Shown piece by piece: positions 58,785 through 64,000 of a stretch of DNA of 64,000 nt; the stretch's first letter is position 1, and each line of letters begins with the position of its first letter. The stretch is taken from contig NC_043010.1 in NCBI RefSeq assembly GCF_006345805.1, forward strand, positions 33,790,001 to 33,854,000. Direction: 5' to 3'. The DNA comes from Octopus sinensis (Eukaryota). Below the pieces are notes generated by a model that did no database searches, was not told the origin of the DNA, and saw only the letters and a program-made list of their open reading frames with translations. Both the position numbers and the translations under genes were made by a program.

Positions 58785-60365
58785 AAAGCAGCAAGCTGGC
58801 AGAATAGTTAGCACACTGGACAAAATGCTTAGCAGCATTTTGTCCATCTTTACATTCTGAGTTCAAATTCTGCCATGGTCGACTTTGCCTTTTGTCCTTT
58901 TGGAAAATAAGTACCAGTTGAATACTGGGGTTGATGTCATTGACTAATCCACTCCCTCAAAATTCCAGGCCTTGTGCTTTTCGTAAAAAAGGATTAAGGA
59001 TTATTATTATTATTATTAAAGTGGTGGACTGGCAGAATCATGAAAGCATTAGACAAAATGCCATATCGGTATTTGTTCCAGTTCCTCATGGTCTGAATTC
59101 AAATTCTGCTGAGGGAGACTTTGCCTTTCATCGTTTTGGGGTCACTGGAATAAAATATCAGTCAAATACTGGGATCAATGGCATTGACGTATCCCCTACT
59201 CTGAAAAATTGCGTGTAAGTTAGAAACCATTATTATTACGTCAGAATGGTGATTAGAATTGTTGGTGGTAACAATCCTTTATAATCCAAGTTCAGATCTC
59301 ACTAAACTCAACTTTGCATTTCATTCTTTGAGGATCTGCGTAATCAACTACCCCTAACCTCAAAAGTGTTGATCTTCTGCCTAAATTTGAAATTAATAGA
59401 TATCCTGGGTTGGCAGAATCATTAAAACTTTAGTAAAAATGCCTTGCAATATTTCTTTGAGTTTTTATATAAGTACCATTTGGGCATTGGGGGTCAAATA
59501 TATCAACTAACCCTGCCAAAATTTCAGGCCTTGTACCTATAGTAGAAAGACTATTATTGTAACTGAATGAAGTGATAATTTTGCATATAAATCAACTTAT
59601 GACAAGTGTGCACCAAGCTCGTTGGCACTATTTCCTGTCTTATATTGGTCCTTATAATATCTTTCGTCATTTTAGATTATTAATATTATAGAAGGTGGTG
59701 ATTGGCAGAATTGGTAGAGCACCAAACAAACTACTTTTCGGTATTTAAATATGTCCTTTAGCTCAAATCCCACCAGAATCAACCTTGCCTTTCATACTAA
59801 CAGGTTGGGAGAGGTCAATAAAATGAAGCACCAGTCAAGTGCGAAAGGGCAATACAGTTGCTGGCCTTGTGTGTATGTTAGAAATTTTAACTATTGTTGT
59901 TGTCGTTTTTTGCTGTTGTTTACAAACTGAGTGCCATTTTGTTTTTGTTTTTTTTAAAGATGGAGGAATCTTTAGAAAACCATTTTACAAGTCAATTCTA
60001 CCCATTTTTTCTTTTACTTTTTCCCTAATTTAAATTTAATCTCAATCCTCTAAAAAATTTAAAATGCTACATTTTACTAAGTCAGGCTTTTATATCTCAC
60101 CTGAGGATGGGCTATTATTAGTGTGATTATTATTATTATTATTGTTATTACTACTTAGGCAGTGAGCTGGCAGAATCGTTAGCACGCCAGGCAAAATGCT
60201 TAGTAGTATTTTGTCTGTCTTTACGTTCTGAGTTCAAATTCTGCTACGGTCAACTTCCTTTCATCCTTTCAGGGTCGATAAAATAAGTACCACTGAACAA
60301 TGGGGACAATGTAATCGACTAGGCCCCTTCCCCCTAAATTACTAGCCTTGTGCCAAAATTTGAAG
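58785..60365 (+). mobile_element. Cluster of co-oriented family A SINE copies separated by (ATT)n
   Basis: Heads (GCTGGCAGAAT-like) at ~58795, 59045, 59410, 59700, 60165 plus further decayed copies. Confidence 0.8.
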
Positions 60366-60725
60366 CGATTATTATTACTACTACTACTGTTACTTTGGCA
60401 ACAAGAAGAATGGTTTCCATTGTAACTCTTGTTTTTTTGGGTTTTTTTTTTTACTTTCATAACCTGGTTTACAATATATCAAAAAGTATTGAAACTTGTT
60501 TTACTCCTGCATGTATTTTTAAAATATTTCGTTATCATATAAAAGAAGTTTAACAAACTGTACAAACAGAAAATCCCAATTCGTCTGTATAACAAAGACT
60601 TATTAAAAATGTTTAATCAAATTGAAGAAAACAAATTGTTTATTCTCATTGTTATTGTTATCATCATTGTTTGTTTATTATAGCACATTCTTCTTCATAC
60701 ATGGCCATTTCCCTCACTGATAATT

Positions 60726-61115
60726 GGATGGATGGAAGCACTCCGTCAGTTACGACGACGAGGGTTCCGGTTGATCTGAATCAACAGAACAGCCTGCTCG
60801 TGAAATTACGTGTAAGTGGCTGAGCACTCCACAGACACGTGTACCCTTAACGTAGTTCTCGGGGATATTCAGCGTGACATAGAGAGTGACAAGGCTGGCC
60901 CTTTGAAATATAGGTACAACAGAAACAGGAAGTAAGAGTGAGAGAAAGTTGTGGTGAAAGAGTACAGCAGGGATCACCACCATCCCCTGCCGGAGCCTCG
61001 TGGTGCTTTAGATGTTTTCGCTCAATAAACACTCACAACGACCGGTCTGGGAATCAAAACCGCGATCCTATGACCGCGAGTCCGCTGCCCTAACCACTGG
61101 GCCATTGCGCCTCCT
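60726..61115 (-). mobile_element. Young full-length tRNA-derived SINE (family E) with 12-bp TSD
   Basis: Minus-strand head GGCGCAATGGCCCAGTGGTTAGGGCAGCGGACTCGCGGTC..GGTTTTGATTCCC; (TCCA)n tail; TCACTGATAATT at 60714-60725 and 61116-61127. Confidence 0.92.
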
Positions 61116-61242
61116 TCACTGATAATTAATTGTTCCAACACTAACACACATCAATGAGGTAGGTATGTATGTATGTCTGTATGTATCATCATCATCATTC
61201 AAATAACATTGGATAATGTAGTTTAAGAGACATTGCCTAGGT

Positions 61243-61572
61243 CAGGAGTTCTCAACCATTTTTTAACTATAGACCCCTTTGATTACTATTTTACTTTTGT
61301 GGACCCCCATTGCCATTCAATGTTTCAAAACTAGTTTTATAGGAACCTCTTTCAAAATTCCTATACATGAACTTGTGTAGATTCAACCATGTAAAATGTT
61401 AGAGAAAGAAACCTCGTTTCTTGTGCAATACGTACAAATACATCTAAAGCAAAATTTTTCAGGGGTCCCTTAAAATACTATCGTGGGTCCCCAGTTTACT
61501 ATTTTATTGTGTGGGCACCCACTCCATATTTTATATGGACCTTCAGGGGCCATATGGACCCCGGTTGAGAAC
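61243..61572. mobile_element. hAT-like MITE
   Basis: CAGGAGTTCTCAACC...CCGGTTGAGAACTGG, homologous to 26933-27269. Confidence 0.8.
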
Positions 61573-62683
61573 TGGCCACAGCTGCAATGTCTATGGCTAT
61601 AGGTTTGCTTACTCAGGGACAAATTAGAGTTAAATAATAATAATAATAATAATAATGTTAAAGCTGGCAGGATCTTTAGTGCATTAGACAACATGCTTAG
61701 TAACATTTCTCCTGGCTCTTTATGATATAAGTTCAAATATTGTTGAAGTCATCCTTTCAGGGTTGATAAAATAAAGTACCAGTCAAATACTGAGGGGTGA
61801 TGTAAGCTGGCATTGTGCCAAAATAGTGTGTGTGTTTGTTATTTTAATGTCCACTTCTCCATGCATGCATGGATCAGATAGTTTGAGACAGATTTTCTAT
61901 ACATAGATGCCCTTCTGGTTGTTGCCGACCCTCACCTATTTCCAAGCAAGGTAATATTTCCATGGCCAGAGAGGTTTTTACTGAGGACTGAGATGAACAA
62001 CATCATATGTAATGCCTAGATAAGGGTGCATGCGCATGCACACACACATAAATGATGATGATTGTCCACTTGTGACTGAAGAAGACCTTCATTGGCCATT
62101 ACCCATGCAAAATGCCAAGAATGTGTGTGCATGAGGTTATTGCACCAACAATTGGCTTCACCAGGGTTCACATCCACACTTTCCAAGCTTGACACGGCAC
62201 CCTCCAAATCAACTAGTCATTGGATAGTCACCTCACTACACATTGCACAACTTAACATTTTAGGTCCAATAAGGCTTACACAGATCCTTTCCATCTTGCT
62301 GACATAAGCCAGGGCAAGATATCCAGTGCCAATATAGGTCAGATTCAGGAATGTGAAACTGTCATGGTCTTCAGCACAAGCAAAAGATCCCCAAAATGTT
62401 TAATGCCATTCCCTGCATTTCTGGTTTTCTGTCAGTGACCTTTCCCTGCAGACATGCTTTAACAAAAGTTGAGGAGTGCATCACTCTGAGTGGTCTTCCA
62501 GCACACAGGACACCAACTCAGAATTTCTGACAAGTCCATGCTATTATTAGATAGTTGTTGAACCTGCACTCGGTTCAATGTCCTTTTGACAGGTATTGCT
62601 TTTAATCCTGCTGGGTTTCTAGCAACACTCCTCACCAAGCAAGCCTAGTGGAACTGCCAGTTCAGTTGCTGAAGACCCAACCA

Positions 62684-62716
<33 letters not shown>

Positions 62717-62717
62717 A

Positions 62718-62752
<35 letters not shown>

Positions 62753-62754
62753 TA

Positions 62755-64000
62755 AATTAAATTAAATTAAATTAGAGATAAAACCACTATTAGGCAAATC
62801 AAACAGTGAAAAACATAAGCCAATACAAAATTAATTTTAAAATATAAAAGTTAAAAATTAAAAAATTATTAAAATAATTTAAACTTATAAATTTTAAATA
62901 TATACATACAAATATATATATATATGTATGTATATTTTTATATTTATATATTATTTTGTTTAATAATTAATTTATTTTTTATTTATTTATTTTTTTTATA
63001 TAAATATCAAAAGTATTAAAAGTTTAATAAAAGATAAAGAGTAAAACACTATGATCGTTTCATGGCTGTATCTATTTGAATAACAATAATTTAAATTCAG
63101 TTAATAATTTGAGTTTTGGTTACAGTCAATCTTCAGGTTAATTGAAATATTTTTTAAATAATCAGAAATATTTAAACAATATTTTTAAGATATAAATAAT
63201 ATAATAATTTTACTTATAATAAACTCTATTATCAAACTAGAAACTTAAAACTTAATAATTATGATTATATCAAAATCGATTATAATGTTAAATATTAATT
63301 TTAATTTTTAAGGTAAGAAACCCACCGATAATCTAATGTCAGTAATAGTCTATATCTAATTACATAAATATTAAAAAAAAACAAAAAACTATTATATACA
63401 AAAAATTATCAATGGATATATATAAATGTATATGAATATTATAATTAAGATCTAAAATAATCTCTATAAATAAATATATATGCACATATAATAAAGACCT
63501 ATTAAATTAATATTTTATATTTAAAGATGAAATATCTAAATTCAAAAATACAAACAAACGAACTTTCGGAAATCTTATTTAAAATACTTATAGAAATAAT
63601 CAATTCGTAGTTATATAGTATCGAATAAATACTATAAATATATTTATCAATGGCAAATATCAATTTAAAAAGACAATAACTAAGTTATGCTATTAAGTTA
63701 GACATGGCCTGGACCAATCTTTGGTCGAAACATATCTAAGTTTATCTAATTTTAATTATAAGAAATTTAAAACTACAATTAATATATGTATATACATAAA
63801 TCTAACTTTAGACAACTTGTAATCTTGCTATCAAACAACATATCTATCGCTAAGTGATATCTTACGAATAAACTTAAATTTAATATCTAATAATTATATA
63901 GAAAATTACGATAATTAGATCATTACATAAACAACAATATTTATCATAAGAAAAATATTATTACACCAAAGACTTATAAATATTAAAATTTACAATTTAA
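62755..64000. mobile_element. Very AT-rich block following (TA)n; possibly a decayed Penelope-like element, running off the window
   Basis: Abrupt compositional shift; hammerhead-like motif on the minus strand at 63045-63140; stop-ridden + frame ending HKQQYLS*EKYYYTKDL*ILK loosely recalls a PLE N-terminal H..FL..C...PKGL.IK motif. Confidence 0.35.
63045..63140 (-). ncRNA. Hammerhead-like motif with a long stem II loop
   Basis: Minus strand: TAAC CTGAAGA T TGACTGTA [~50 nt] TACAGCCA T GAAAC GATCATA GTGTT; stem I is weak. Confidence 0.4.

Noticed and set aside
62755-64000. Mitochondrial insertion (NUMT) of rRNA or control region
   Set aside because: AT-rich, but no recognisable conserved 12S/16S motifs or mitochondrial ORF; a BLAST against cephalopod mtDNA would settle it

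Overview
Eukaryotic, AT-rich, repeat-dense genomic DNA. The SINE/MITE content resembles an octopus (coleoid cephalopod) genome; this assignment is inferred from repeat recognition, not a search. The window holds almost all of one + strand gene, a signal peptide peptidase-like 2 (SPPL2A/B-type) GxGD intramembrane aspartyl protease. It has a PA domain and intact YD and LGFGD motifs, and 12 canonical coding exons between 1516 and 57418 join in frame except across one missing exon. Exon 1 (signal peptide) is upstream of the window. The QPALLY(PAL) exon is absent and most likely lies in the 100-N gap at 51034-51133. Four extra frame-preserving exon candidates were found: 51 nt (13740-13790), 75 nt (36014-36088), 6 nt (42446-42451) and 18 nt (57030-57047). 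Introns carry tRNA-derived and RTE-tailed SINEs, RTE LINE ends, two dead mariner copies, piggyBac-like and hAT-like MITEs, fold-back elements and minisatellites. The most unusual signal is an element carrying a Penelope-type minimal hammerhead-ribozyme motif. It has inserted twice as a tails-out inverted dimer inside a single 12-13 bp target-site duplication, with the same ~33-nt one-sided tail each time. One locus retains tRNA-like Pol III heads. A third hammerhead-like motif lies in the AT-rich block at the right end. Most ORFs in the supplied track are spurious.
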